Positions 1-10,223 are shown, counted from the first letter of the stretch. The stretch is DNA of 45,091 bases from Pseudomonadota bacterium (GCA_041179365.1 JBEGTP010000132.1:1-45091), one strand, 5' to 3'. The notes: generated by a model not told the origin, from the sequence alone. Translations and numbers: made by a program.

Positions 1-195
1 CCTAATCTCAAATTCAAGCCGCCGCTCAAAGCCCCGACGATTGGCGAGCGGCGTCAGCGTATCGGTGACGACGAGCGCTTCGAGCGCCACAATCTGGCCG
101 CGAAGCGTTTCAACCTCAGCGCGCAACGCGCAGTTTTCCTTGGAAACCGCAGAAACGTCTCTTGCGCTGTCTTGCAAATGCCCCTGATAGTCCAC
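1..195 (-). CDS. GGDEF diguanylate cyclase, N-terminal part (runs off the window)
   Basis: Not in the ORF track. Manual translation from GTG at 195 gives VDYQGHLQDS...LRAEVETLRGQIVALEALVVTDTLTPLANRRGFERRLEFEIR: a coiled coil followed by the D-x-LT-x-L-x-NRR motif that opens GGDEF domains. G-rich RBS upstream. Confidence 0.8.
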   Translation of the reverse strand, partial: MDYQGHLQDSARDVSAVSKENCALRAEVETLRGQIVALEALVVTDTLTPLANRRGFERRLEFEIR

Positions 196-426
196 TGTCG
201 GCCCCCAAAACCCTTTGTCGGAACTTAGCCCGGCAGATCTTAATTTCTCACAAAGAGGTTTCCGTTTTTTTTGAAGGACTTCGGGCCCAGAAGAAGAAGC
301 AAAAGCGCAGGTCGCGTCTTTGGCGCGCGCCCTGCCTGTTCGCTATAGGCTTGGTACATGGAAAGCGGCCTGATAGGGTGTGCCCATCATCAAGGGAGAG
401 CAGGAATGGATCAAATGGGAATGAAG

Positions 427-1095
427 ATGGCACGCCGGACGCTTTTGACCAGCGCAGCGGCCTTCACCGCGTCGCTCATCATAGCGCGCCCCTTGCAAGC
501 CGGCCTTCTTGACGGGTCATCGCTAAAATCGATGCTCGGCAACGCGTCGGACAAAGCCCTCGACAAGCTGGCAAAGCCTGGCGCTTTTTATGCCGATACT
601 GCTGTGCGCGTTCTCTTGCCTGGCACGACCGGTAAATTCGCCTCAAAGCTCATGAAAGCAGGGGATAAGCTCGGCCTGACAACAAAGCTCACCAAAAGCC
701 TCAATGATGCGGCAAGTTTGGCCGCGCTTGAGGCTAAGCCTGTGTTTCGCTCAGCCGTCAACGGCATGACGCTCAACGACGTGCCGGGGATCGTCGCAAA
801 GAGTGACGGTGGCACCAAATATCTGCAAAAGAGCGCAGGGAGCGAGCTTTACACCAAGGTGCGGCCGCTGATCATGACAGCCCTCAACAGAGTGGGTGCC
901 TATAGTCAGCTTGCAAAGCTCAACAAGACCGCTGGCAGCCTGATGGGCATGACAAAGCTCAATGATGAAGGCTTGACGAACAGCGTGACCGAACAAGCGC
1001 TCAAAGGGATTTACACCTATATGGGCAAAGAAGAGGGCGGCCTCCGCAGCTCTGTCTTCGGCCTTGGCAAGACCATTGACGGTGTTGTTAAATAG
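427..1095 (+). CDS. DUF4197 family exported protein (Tat-like signal)
   Basis: MARRTLL...PLQA twin-arginine signal; SLNDAA..A..EAKPVF and TEQALKGIYTYMGKEE match the DUF4197 pattern. Start could also be 406 or 421. Confidence 0.75.
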   Translation: MARRTLLTSAAAFTASLIIARPLQAGLLDGSSLKSMLGNASDKALDKLAKPGAFYADTAVRVLLPGTTGKFASKLMKAGDKLGLTTKLTKSLNDAASLAALEAKPVFRSAVNGMTLNDVPGIVAKSDGGTKYLQKSAGSELYTKVRPLIMTALNRVGAYSQLAKLNKTAGSLMGMTKLNDEGLTNSVTEQALKGIYTYMGKEEGGLRSSVFGLGKTIDGVVK

Positions 1096-1130
1096 CCTAG
1101 AAGCGCAAAGGTTCGCACGCCCGAAAGCAG

Positions 1131-1156
1131 GGCTCGGAACAGATTTGTCCCGAGCC
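1131..1156. terminator. Hairpin between convergent genes, possible bidirectional terminator
   Basis: GGCTCGGAACA-GATT-TGTCCCGAGCC imperfect stem-loop; no clear U tract. Confidence 0.35.
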
Positions 1157-1169
1157 AGCGTTTCATTTC

Positions 1170-1577
1170 CTAGCGGAAATAGTGACGAAAAACCTTGATG
1201 ACATCGCCGTCGCGCATGTCGATCAAAAGCGCGTCATCGCGGTCGCGTACCCAGCGCGTATAGCCACGCGTCGCTGGCAAGCGGTACCGCCATGGGTCAG
1301 AGATTACAAAGCGTCTGCCATAGCCTCTTTGATCGCGGTGATCGCCGCGATTGTGCCAGCGGTGCCCTTGCCATCCGCCGCGCTCATCGTCGCGGGCACC
1401 GTATCGATCATCGCGGTCGTCCCGGCGATAGTCTTGGCGGTCCTCATCCCGCTCGCCGCGCCCCGCATCACGGGCATCATAGTCGCGCGAGCCATACCCC
1501 GTATCGCGCGATTGAGCGAAGCTGGCGGTTGGCACCAGCGTCGTTGCCAGAAGGGCGATTATCAAAGATTTACGCAT
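1170..1577 (-). CDS. RcnB-family periplasmic protein
   Basis: Signal peptide (ASFA), R/D/G-rich low-complexity linker, C-terminal YRLP...RWVR...DALLID..DG.V domain; AAGGAG RBS. Confidence 0.8.
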   Translation of the reverse strand: MRKSLIIALLATTLVPTASFAQSRDTGYGSRDYDARDAGRGERDEDRQDYRRDDRDDRYGARDDERGGWQGHRWHNRGDHRDQRGYGRRFVISDPWRYRLPATRGYTRWVRDRDDALLIDMRDGDVIKVFRHYFR

Positions 1578-1594
1578 AGTCTGCTCCTTTCGGT

Positions 1595-1623
1595 GTGCTG
1601 ACCCGAATACGCTGGATCAGCAC
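1595..1623 (-). promoter_or_regulatory. 5'-UTR stem-loop of the RcnB-family gene
   Basis: GTGCTGATCC-AGCGTATTC-GGGTCAGCAC, a 10-bp stem just upstream of the RBS. Confidence 0.4.
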
Positions 1624-1743
1624 AATCCCGTTCTGCCCGAGTCGCTGTGAACGGCGCGAAAATGAACTTGTCAGCAAATAGAAAGGCGTGCGCGGCGAAA
1701 GCGCCTGTTAAATTTCTGAAAAGCTGCTAGGCGCGCGGCCATC

Positions 1744-3621
1744 ATGCTCAACTTATCTGGCATCACCGTGCGCCTTGGCGGACGCACTATCCTTGACCGT
1801 GCAACCGCTGCGCTGCCATCCAAAAGCCGTGTCGGGCTTATTGGCCGTAACGGCGCGGGCAAATCAACACTCATGAAAGTGATGATTGGTGAGCTCGACC
1901 CCGATGAAGGCAGCATCGAGATGCCGCGCAAAACACGGATCGGCTATATTGCGCAGGAGGCCCCTCACGGCAATTCAACACCGTTTGAGACCGTGCTTGC
2001 CGCCGACACCGAGCGCGCGGATTTGTTGCTTGAGAGTGAAACCTGTGTTGACCCTGACCGCGTTGGGGAGATCCATGAGCGTCTGATCGCGATTGACGCC
2101 TATACCGCGCCAGCGCGGGCTGCGCGAATTCTTGTCGGCCTTGGGTTTGATGAAGACATGCAGGGGCAACCGCTCGATAGTTTTTCGGGCGGCTGGAAAA
2201 TGCGCGTCGCGCTTGCCGCGCTGCTCTTTTCAGAGCCCGATTTGCTGCTGCTCGACGAGCCCTCAAACCATCTCGATCTCGAAGCGACGCTTTGGCTTGA
2301 GAATTTTCTCAAAGCCTATCCAGCAATGATCATCGTGATCAGCCATGAGCGCGATCTGCTGAACACGGTTGTCGATCATATCCTCCACCTCGAAAACGGT
2401 GAAACCACGCTTTATACCGGCGGCTATGACAGCTTTGAGCGGCAGCGCGCCGAACGCGCGGCGCAGCTGGCGGCAGCCAAGGCCGCGCAGGACGCACAGC
2501 GCGCCAAGTTGCAAGACTATATCGCCCGCAACAGTGCGCGCGCCTCCACGGCCAAACAGGCGCAGTCGCGCGCCAAAGCGCTCGCGCGAATGCAGCCTGT
2601 TTTGGCGATGGTCGAAGACCCGAGCCTCTCCTTTGACTTTCCAAGTCCCGATGAACTGAAGCCGCCGCTCGTTACGCTTGATCTGGCGAGCGTTGGCTAT
2701 ACCGCCGGTGCGCCGATCCTCGAACGGCTGAACCTGCGGCTTGATCCCGATGACCGGATTGCGCTTCTGGGGCGCAACGGCAATGGCAAAACGACGCTCG
2801 CGCGCCTGCTTGCCGCGCAGCTCGCGCCGATGGAGGGCACAATCGCGACCTCGAACAAGATGCGCGTTGGCTATTTTACCCAATATCAGGTCGAAGAGCT
2901 CGATGGGGGGGACACCCCGCTTGAGCATATGACCCGCATGATGAAGGGTGCGAGCCCGGGGGCCGTGCGCGGCCAATTGGGGCGCTTTGGCTTCTCCGGC
3001 GCGAAGGCCACAACGCAGGTCGGCAAACTCTCAGGCGGAGAACGCGCGCGGCTTGCCCTTGCGCTCATCACGCGCGAGGCCCCGCATATGCTCATCCTCG
3101 ATGAGCCGACAAACCATCTTGATGTCGATGCGCGCGAAGCCCTTGTTCAGGCACTCAATGCCTATGAAGGCGCGGTGGTTCTCGTCAGCCATGATCGCCA
3201 TATGGTCGAGCTGACCGCAGACCGCCTTGTACTCGTCGATGGCGGAACGGCCACCGACTATGCGGGAAGCCTTGAAGATTACACCGATTTCATTCTCGGC
3301 AAAAACCAGCCAAAGGGCAGCGATCAGCCGCGCGGCAACAAGAAAGAAGACCGCAAGGCGGCTGCGCAAGCACGCGAACGCCAGCAGCAATTGGCAAAAG
3401 CTGTGCGCGACGCCGAAGGCGATATGGCGCAGCTCGACGTCGTTCGGAGCGCCATTGACCGGGCGATGTTTGACCCCAGTACCGCCGCGCCAGATTATGC
3501 TGCGCTCACGATGAGTGAACTTTCGCAGCGACGCGGGCGGATCGCAGCGGCGCTTGAGGCTGCAGAAGCAAAATGGGTCGAAGCGAGCGAAGCGCTTGAG
3601 GCGTCAAAAGCCTCGGCTTGA
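1744..3621 (+). CDS. ABC-F family ATPase (ribosome-associated)
   Basis: Two ABC domains (GRNGAGKST, FSGGW, LLLDEPSNHLD; GRNGNGKTT, LSGGE, ILDEPTNHLD), no transmembrane segments, C-terminal coiled coil. Confidence 0.95.
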   Translation: MLNLSGITVRLGGRTILDRATAALPSKSRVGLIGRNGAGKSTLMKVMIGELDPDEGSIEMPRKTRIGYIAQEAPHGNSTPFETVLAADTERADLLLESETCVDPDRVGEIHERLIAIDAYTAPARAARILVGLGFDEDMQGQPLDSFSGGWKMRVALAALLFSEPDLLLLDEPSNHLDLEATLWLENFLKAYPAMIIVISHERDLLNTVVDHILHLENGETTLYTGGYDSFERQRAERAAQLAAAKAAQDAQRAKLQDYIARNSARASTAKQAQSRAKALARMQPVLAMVEDPSLSFDFPSPDELKPPLVTLDLASVGYTAGAPILERLNLRLDPDDRIALLGRNGNGKTTLARLLAAQLAPMEGTIATSNKMRVGYFTQYQVEELDGGDTPLEHMTRMMKGASPGAVRGQLGRFGFSGAKATTQVGKLSGGERARLALALITREAPHMLILDEPTNHLDVDAREALVQALNAYEGAVVLVSHDRHMVELTADRLVLVDGGTATDYAGSLEDYTDFILGKNQPKGSDQPRGNKKEDRKAAAQARERQQQLAKAVRDAEGDMAQLDVVRSAIDRAMFDPSTAAPDYAALTMSELSQRRGRIAAALEAAEAKWVEASEALEASKASA

Positions 3622-3653
3622 TCGGCAAAGTAAATGCGCTATCGCACTTAGCC

Positions 3654-6251
3654 ATGGCCGACGCTCCTTCCGCCCCAACCCCGATGATGGTGCAATATCT
3701 TGCGCTAAAGGCCGAAGCCGAAGACTGTCTGCTCTTCTACCGCATGGGCGATTTTTTCGAGTTGTTCTTTGAGGATGCCCGCATTGCGGCGCATATTCTC
3801 GATATTGCGCTGACCGCGCGCGGTGAACATCAGGGCGCTCCTATTCCGATGTGCGGCGTACCGGTGCACGCCTCAGACGCTTATCTCGCGCGGCTCATCC
3901 GGGCCGGACAACGCGTCGCCATCGCCGAACAGATCGAATCGCCAGCGGACGCCAAAGCGCGCGGCGGCAAAACCCTTGTTGCACGCGGCATTGTTCGCGT
4001 GGTGACAGCGGGAACCTTGACCGAAGAAAGCTTGCTTGAGGCCCGCGCCGCCAATTGGCTGGTAGCGCTCGCACCGCACGGAGACCGCATTGGATATGCC
4101 GCCGCAGACATATCAACCGGCCGCTTTGAAACTGGCGAGGTTGCGCCCGCGAACCTTGACGCAGAGCTGGCACGGCTCGCAGCCTCTGAAATCCTTGTGC
4201 CGGAAGGCAGCGCCCTAGGCGGGCAGAGCCGCCCCCGCATAGACTTTGACGCGGGCGCCGGAGAACAGCGACTCAAAGCCGTTTTTGGCGTCATGACGCT
4301 CGATGGCTTTGGCGGCCTGACCGGCGCAGAACGCGCGGCCATTGGCGGATTACTTGCCTATCTCGACCATGTCGGCAAGGGCGCGCTTCCGTTTCTTGAG
4401 CCGCCACTGCGCCGGGCCAGTTCTGACCATATGGCCATTGATGCGGCAACGCGCGATAGCCTTGAGCTTGTCCGTAATGCAAGCGGCGCGCGCAAAGGCA
4501 GCTTGCTTGAAGCCGTCGACAGAACGGTGACTGGCGCCGGGGCGCGGCTGCTCGCCGGGGATATCAGCGCGCCCTTGCTCAAGGCGGAAGCGATCACCGA
4601 GCGGCTCGATTTGGTCCGCTATTGGGTCGACGATCATGGAGGCCGCGAGGCGTTGCGCCGCACGCTCAAAAGCCTCGCCGATGTGGCGCGCGCATTGGGC
4701 CGGATCGCTGCGGGCCGGGGATCGCCGCGTGACCTGGGGCAGTTGCGTGATGGGCTTGGGCAAGCGCGCACCCTCTGCGAACAACTCGGCAGGCTAGAGC
4801 AGCGCCCGCCCCTGCTCGACACTCTTTTGCCGCGCTTATCAGGGCACGGAGCCTTGGTTGACCATCTCATGCGCGCACTTGTGCCCGCGCCGCCGCTTGA
4901 TGCAGCACAAGGCGGCTATATCGCAGAAGGCTATGATGCCGCACTCGATGACCTCCGCAGCCTTGGCAGCGACGGGCGGCAAGCCATGGCGCGTCTTGAA
5001 GCGCAATACCGCACGCAAACAGGTGTCGCGGGACTGCGCATCAAGCATAACAATGTGCTCGGGTATCACATCGAAGTCGCCGCCAAAAACGCCGATGTTC
5101 TCATGGCGCCCGAGATGGGATTTACCCACCGTCAAACGCTTGCGGGCGTTGTCCGCTTTAATGCAGCGGACCTCCACAGTCTTGCGCTCAGGGTCACGCA
5201 GGCGAGCGCCCATGCCTTGGCCGCAGAAGCATCGCATTTCGAAGAGCTCGTCGGTGAAGCCTGCGCGCGTGCGCGCGAAATCGCGGCGACTGCCGACGCC
5301 TTGGCGCGGCTTGATGTCGCTTCGGCCTTGGCTGAACGTGCGGTTGAGGGGGGCTGGTGCCGCCCCGCTTTTTCTGCCGAGAACCGGTTTATGATTGAAG
5401 GCGGTCGCCATCCGGTGGTCGAGGAAGCGCTCCGACTCACCGGCGACCGCTTTGTGGCCAATGATTGCGCGCTTGAGCCTTCGAAGCGCCTGTGGTTGAT
5501 CACGGGGCCCAACATGGGCGGCAAGTCGACCTTTCTCCGCCAGAACGCGCTGATCGCGGTGCTCGCGCAAGCCGGGTCGTATGTGCCGGCGTCGCGCGCG
5601 ACCTTGGGCCTTGTAGACCGCTTGTTCAGCCGCGTTGGGGCATCAGACAATCTGGCGCGCGGGCGGTCCACCTTCATGGTCGAAATGGTAGAAACAGCCG
5701 CCATCCTCTCGCAAGCCACAGCGCAAAGCCTCATCATTTTGGATGAAGTCGGCCGCGGCACTTCAACCTATGACGGCCTTGCCATTGCGTGGGCGGTGGT
5801 CGAGGCGGTGCATGAGGTCAACCAGAGCCGCTGCCTGTTTGCAACGCATTATCATGAGCTTACGCGGCTGGCGGAAAAACTGCCCGCGCTCGCGCTCCAC
5901 CATGTTCGCGCGCGAGAATATAAGGGTGACCTCGTGCTGCTGCATGAGCTTGCGACAGGGCCGGCAGACCGGAGCTACGGCATCGCGGTGGCGCGGTTGG
6001 CTGGGCTGCCCCCTGCGGTTCTCGCGCGCGCCAAAGCCGTCCTGTCGAAGCTCGAAGCGGGGCGAGACGCCACCGGAGGGCTCGCTGCCGGGCTCGACGA
6101 TCTTCCGCTTTTTGCCGCGTCGCTGCCCGCGGAAAAGCGCGATGCCCTGCGCGAGGCGGTGGCTGCCCTCGATGTCGACGCGCTCAGCCCGCGCGATGCA
6201 CTCGCACAGCTTTACGAAATCAAACGCATGGCGCAGGATGAGCCCCAATGA
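3654..6251 (+). CDS. mutS: DNA mismatch repair protein MutS
   Basis: TPMMVQY, FYRMGDFFELF, TGPNMGGKST, STFMVEM, DEVGRGT, FATHYHELT. ATG at 3654 preferred over TTG at 3618. Confidence 0.98.
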   Translation: MADAPSAPTPMMVQYLALKAEAEDCLLFYRMGDFFELFFEDARIAAHILDIALTARGEHQGAPIPMCGVPVHASDAYLARLIRAGQRVAIAEQIESPADAKARGGKTLVARGIVRVVTAGTLTEESLLEARAANWLVALAPHGDRIGYAAADISTGRFETGEVAPANLDAELARLAASEILVPEGSALGGQSRPRIDFDAGAGEQRLKAVFGVMTLDGFGGLTGAERAAIGGLLAYLDHVGKGALPFLEPPLRRASSDHMAIDAATRDSLELVRNASGARKGSLLEAVDRTVTGAGARLLAGDISAPLLKAEAITERLDLVRYWVDDHGGREALRRTLKSLADVARALGRIAAGRGSPRDLGQLRDGLGQARTLCEQLGRLEQRPPLLDTLLPRLSGHGALVDHLMRALVPAPPLDAAQGGYIAEGYDAALDDLRSLGSDGRQAMARLEAQYRTQTGVAGLRIKHNNVLGYHIEVAAKNADVLMAPEMGFTHRQTLAGVVRFNAADLHSLALRVTQASAHALAAEASHFEELVGEACARAREIAATADALARLDVASALAERAVEGGWCRPAFSAENRFMIEGGRHPVVEEALRLTGDRFVANDCALEPSKRLWLITGPNMGGKSTFLRQNALIAVLAQAGSYVPASRATLGLVDRLFSRVGASDNLARGRSTFMVEMVETAAILSQATAQSLIILDEVGRGTSTYDGLAIAWAVVEAVHEVNQSRCLFATHYHELTRLAEKLPALALHHVRAREYKGDLVLLHELATGPADRSYGIAVARLAGLPPAVLARAKAVLSKLEAGRDATGGLAAGLDDLPLFAASLPAEKRDALREAVAALDVDALSPRDALAQLYEIKRMAQDEPQ

Positions 6252-8998
6252 TCCAGCAAATTCCCAACCGCCGCGCGATCATTGACCGTCGCGCCCTTGC
6301 CGACGCGCTGGCAAATGTTGAAGCGAACGGCGAGACGGCGCTCCGCAAGGCTGCGACGGCGCTTCTAAAGCCTGCAAACGAGGCCGGGCGCGCCGAGATT
6401 GCGCGGCGGATCGAAGCCCACCCCACCGATGGTCGCGCCGCCGCGACGGCGCAGGCCTTCCTGACCGATCAATTGCTGCGCCTTGTTTATGATTTTACGG
6501 TGCAGCGGCTCTATAAGCTGAACAACCCAACCGCCTCTGAGCGGCTCTGCCTCGCTGCCGTGGGCGGCTATGGTCGCGGCGAGATGGCCCCCTATTCTGA
6601 CGTCGATATAGCCTTCATCACCCCCTACAAGCCAACCGGCTGGACCGAGCAAGTGATCGAATCGATCCTCTACACGCTGTGGGATCTCGGCATGAAAGTG
6701 GGCCATTCGAGCCGGTCCATGGACGAGATGATCCGGATGGCAAAGGACGATCTCACAATACGGACAGCTTATCTTGAGGCCCGCTTTATCTGGGGAGACG
6801 AAGCGCTTTATGATGAAACGGCGTTGCGGTTTCAAGCCGAAGTCGTGGCCGGATCAGCCCGCGCCTATGTCACCGAGAAATTGGCCGAACGCGATGCGCG
6901 CCACAAGCGCATGGGCGATAGTCGCTATGTGGTTGAGCCAAACCTCAAGGAAGGCAAGGGCGGTTTGCGCGATCTGCACACCTTGTTCTGGATTGGCAAA
7001 TATGTGCACCGGGCAAGCAGTGTTGCCGAGCTTGTTGATAAGGGTTTGCTAACCGCAGCCGAGCTGAAGCAATTTCAAAAGGCGGAAAATTTCCTCTGGG
7101 CGGTGCGGTGTAATCTCCATCTTCTGGCCGATCGCGCCGAGGAACGACTGACCTTTGATGTCCAGCGCGAGATTGCGGCGCGGATGCATTATAAGGATCG
7201 CCCCGGCCGTTCGGCGGTTGAGCGGTTCATGCAGCATTATTTTTTAATCGCGAAGCAGGTGGGCGATCTAACTGGCGTCTTCCTCGCGCATCTTGACGAT
7301 AGCTTCGCGCCGAAAAGAAAGGGCGTTCTGGCCAGTCTCGCAGGGTTTCGTCGTGCGCCAAAGAAGCTGTCTGGATTTGTCCTTGATAAGGGACGGCTCG
7401 CCTTGCCTAAGGATGATTGGTTCCGCGAAGACCCTGTGCGCCTCATCGAGATTTTTGCGCTCGCCGATGAGCATGGATTGGAGATCCATCCCCAAGCAAT
7501 GCGGGCGGCCAATCGCGATGCCAAGCTGATCGACGCCAAAATCCGCAATAGCCCGCGCGCTAACGCCCTGTTTATGAGCGTTCTAACGTCGAAGCGCGAG
7601 CCCGAATATGTGTTGCGTTGGATGAATGAGGCGACGGTTTTTGGGCGCTTCGTGCCCGATTTTGGGCGTGTGGTCGCCCAGATGCAGTTCGATATGTATC
7701 ATCACTACACCGTTGACGAACATAGCATCCGCGCCATCGGGCTGCTCTCGCGGATCGAGAAGGGCGTTCTTGGCGAGGATCACCCGCTCGCAACCGCCAT
7801 TTTACATCAAATTGTATCCCGGCGCGTCCTGTATGTGGCCGTGCTTTTGCATGACATTGCCAAAGGGCGCGGCGGCGATCATTCTATTTTGGGGGCTGAG
7901 GTCGCCATGAAGCTCTGCCCGCGGCTTGGCCTCAGCCCCGCTGAAACCGAAACCGTCGCGTGGCTGGTGCGCACGCACCTCCTCATGTCAGCCGTCGCCT
8001 TCAAACGCGATTTGGCTGATTTCAAAACGATCCTTGATTTCGCCGAGCAAGTGCAATCGCCCGAGCGGCTCCGGTTGTTGCTCGCGCTCACCGTCGTCGA
8101 TATCCGCGCGGTTGGTCCCGGGATCTGGAATAGCTGGAAACGGCAATTGCTGTCTGATCTTTATGAAGGGGCTGAAGAGGTGCTCCGGCTCGGCCACAAG
8201 CAACGCGGTCGCGGCGAGCGGATTACGGCAAAGCAGCAGGCGCTTAAAGCCGCGCTTGGCTGGAATGACGCGCAGTTCAAAGCGCTCGTAAAGCGCCTTC
8301 CAGACGCCTATATTATCGCCGAGCCCGACGACATTTTGGAAAGTAACGCGCGCCTGATCGGGGCCGCAGGAGATGCTGATCTGACGATTGCGGCAACGGT
8401 CTATCCCTCACGCGGCGCAACACTCGTGACCATTTTTGCGGTCGATCATCCGGGCCTTTTCTACCGCGCGGCGGGGGGTATTCACGCAGTCGGCGGCAGC
8501 ATTATCGATGCCCGCATCCACACCACTAAGGATGGCATGGCGCTCGACAACTTCCTTGTCCAAGATCCGTTTGGTCAGCCTTTTGATGAGCCTGAGCGAC
8601 TCCGCCGTATCGAACAAGCCATCCGCGATGCGCTCACCAATCGCGCCGAAATGGCTGAAAAGCTAAAAGCACGCCCGCTCCCGCGCGTGCGGGCGGAAGC
8701 CTTTGATATTGCGCCCAACGTGCTGATCGATAACCGCGCCTCAAACCGCCAAACGGTGATCGAGGTCAACGCGCGCGATCGTCCCGCTTTGCTCAACGCG
8801 CTGGCGCAAGTACTCTTTGAGGCCAAAGTAACGATCCGCTCTGCGCATATTGCGACGTACGGCGAACGGGCGGTCGATACATTTTACGTGACCGATTTGA
8901 TCGGCGACAAGATTGTCAGTGATGCGCGCTTAAAGGCGATTGAAGCCAGCTTGCTTGAGGCCGCCAGCGCCAGCCGCGCCGCGCGGCAAGCGGCATAA
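6248..8998 (+). CDS. glnD: [Protein-PII] uridylyltransferase/uridylyl-removing enzyme
   Basis: AVGGYGRGEMAPYSDVD nucleotidyltransferase motif, HD domain (YTVDEH, LLHDIAKG), two ACT domains; ATGA overlap with mutS. Confidence 0.98.
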   Translation: MIQQIPNRRAIIDRRALADALANVEANGETALRKAATALLKPANEAGRAEIARRIEAHPTDGRAAATAQAFLTDQLLRLVYDFTVQRLYKLNNPTASERLCLAAVGGYGRGEMAPYSDVDIAFITPYKPTGWTEQVIESILYTLWDLGMKVGHSSRSMDEMIRMAKDDLTIRTAYLEARFIWGDEALYDETALRFQAEVVAGSARAYVTEKLAERDARHKRMGDSRYVVEPNLKEGKGGLRDLHTLFWIGKYVHRASSVAELVDKGLLTAAELKQFQKAENFLWAVRCNLHLLADRAEERLTFDVQREIAARMHYKDRPGRSAVERFMQHYFLIAKQVGDLTGVFLAHLDDSFAPKRKGVLASLAGFRRAPKKLSGFVLDKGRLALPKDDWFREDPVRLIEIFALADEHGLEIHPQAMRAANRDAKLIDAKIRNSPRANALFMSVLTSKREPEYVLRWMNEATVFGRFVPDFGRVVAQMQFDMYHHYTVDEHSIRAIGLLSRIEKGVLGEDHPLATAILHQIVSRRVLYVAVLLHDIAKGRGGDHSILGAEVAMKLCPRLGLSPAETETVAWLVRTHLLMSAVAFKRDLADFKTILDFAEQVQSPERLRLLLALTVVDIRAVGPGIWNSWKRQLLSDLYEGAEEVLRLGHKQRGRGERITAKQQALKAALGWNDAQFKALVKRLPDAYIIAEPDDILESNARLIGAAGDADLTIAATVYPSRGATLVTIFAVDHPGLFYRAAGGIHAVGGSIIDARIHTTKDGMALDNFLVQDPFGQPFDEPERLRRIEQAIRDALTNRAEMAEKLKARPLPRVRAEAFDIAPNVLIDNRASNRQTVIEVNARDRPALLNALAQVLFEAKVTIRSAHIATYGERAVDTFYVTDLIGDKIVSDARLKAIEASLLEAASASRAARQAA

Positions 8999-9166
8999 CC
9001 CATAATTGATGGCGCTGCGGCGCCGGTCGGCGGCGCTCCAATTGGGCGCACGTTCTCCTTGAACTATAGGATTTATTTTGCTTTTCAGAGCGGGCTCTTT
9101 CTCAGTTTTGAATATCGACCAGCCCGCGCGCCGTTAAGGCTTGATGACGTTAGGTTGCCTATACAC

Positions 9167-9247
9167 CGTCATTGCGGGCGAAGCGCGGCAATCCAGATCT
9201 CGAGCGCGGAACCGGATTGCCGCGTCGCTCCGCTCCCCGCAATGGCG
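9167..9247. repeat. CGTC-type REP-like palindromic element
   Basis: CGTCATTGCGGGCGAAGCGCGGCAATCCAG...CCGGATTGCCGCGTCGCTCCGCTCCCCGCAATGGCG. The arms are complementary and resemble the widespread alphaproteobacterial GTCATTGCGAGCGAAGCGAAGCAATCC...GGATTGCTTCG...CTCGCAATGAC repeat. Confidence 0.8.
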
Positions 9248-9374
9248 ATCCAACTGAACGCCATCGAGGGCTAAAGGTTGAGGCTCTGGGCAAAAGAGAC
9301 ATTTTCTTTTTTACCTATAGAGTCGCGTCTCTTTCGTCTCTTTCGACGCGTGTGTGCAGCTTTTGTCGCGCGGT

Positions 9375-10223
9375 CTAATTGAAATAGGCAACACCGCGAA
9401 ACTCCATCGAGCGGCGGATATTCGCATCCAGACGGTCCTTGTCATGAAAGGCGGTATGCGGCGCGCGCCAGGTCCGGCTGTGATCGCTATCATGAAATTT
9501 GATGAAGATGACTTCATCGGCGGTCATATCGGGGAAATACCACCAGCGATGATCCGGCGAGTGGTGAAAGATCGTGGCCGCAACCATCTCTTCTTCACCC
9601 GCTATTGGTGCGAAGAGCGCATCACCCGTTGGCAATTCATCGACATCGACCTTGGTATTATGTGTGCCTTCATCATCGCGCACGCTCCGGCCATCACACA
9701 AGGCGAGCGGCCAGTTTTGCGGGGCAGGTGACAAGGCGCGCCACAGTGAAAAGCAGATGAAGCGGCTGTACCCGGGCCCGCCGGGCGCGCCAATCGCATA
9801 CATGCGGTCCGCCACCATTTTTGCGGATTTCGTCGTGAAATCAACATGCGCTTCGCCCGCTGGCGGTTGCATGGTCTCGCTCGTGATGCCCGATGTGCGG
9901 ATCATCCCGCCCATGGGGATGACGAGATCGCACCCGCACATCGCCTTCACGACCGCTTCCACTTCGGCGGCATAGGCGCTCTGCGGGCCATAATTGGATT
10001 CCCAATCGGTGATCGCGCTGTGGTGGTGCGCCAGCGCGAAGCCCTGCTCATCAAGGGTGAAAGGCGCAGTCGCCAACCGGGCATTGCGAATTGTGACGTC
10101 ATAGGGCGCGTATGTGCCGGTGTTGCATTCAGCGCCGGGAGCCCAAAAGCGGCGATTGACCCGCGAAGTTGGCAGCAAATAGGTGATTTGGGTTGCTATG
10201 GCGGCTGATGGCACGCTTGTCAT
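9375..10223 (-). CDS. CmcJ/NvfI (AsaB-like) family Fe(II)/2-oxoglutarate oxygenase
   Basis: FTLDEQGF, AHVDFT (HxD), SLWRAL, WPLALCDGRSV, HRWWYFPDMTADEV..IKFHDS, APHTAF (distal His), RRSMEFR. Confidence 0.85.
   Translation of the reverse strand: MTSVPSAAIATQITYLLPTSRVNRRFWAPGAECNTGTYAPYDVTIRNARLATAPFTLDEQGFALAHHHSAITDWESNYGPQSAYAAEVEAVVKAMCGCDLVIPMGGMIRTSGITSETMQPPAGEAHVDFTTKSAKMVADRMYAIGAPGGPGYSRFICFSLWRALSPAPQNWPLALCDGRSVRDDEGTHNTKVDVDELPTGDALFAPIAGEEEMVAATIFHHSPDHRWWYFPDMTADEVIFIKFHDSDHSRTWRAPHTAFHDKDRLDANIRRSMEFRGVAYFN

Noticed and set aside
1330-1510. Repetitive R/D/G-coding DNA suggesting a repeat array or CRISPR
   Set aside because: It is the low-complexity linker typical of RcnB-family proteins; no constant repeat-spacer pattern and no cas genes.
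9326-9345. 9-bp tandem duplication CGTCTCTTT x2
   Set aside because: Two copies only; it could be a slippage or excision footprint, but no element ends or transposase support that.
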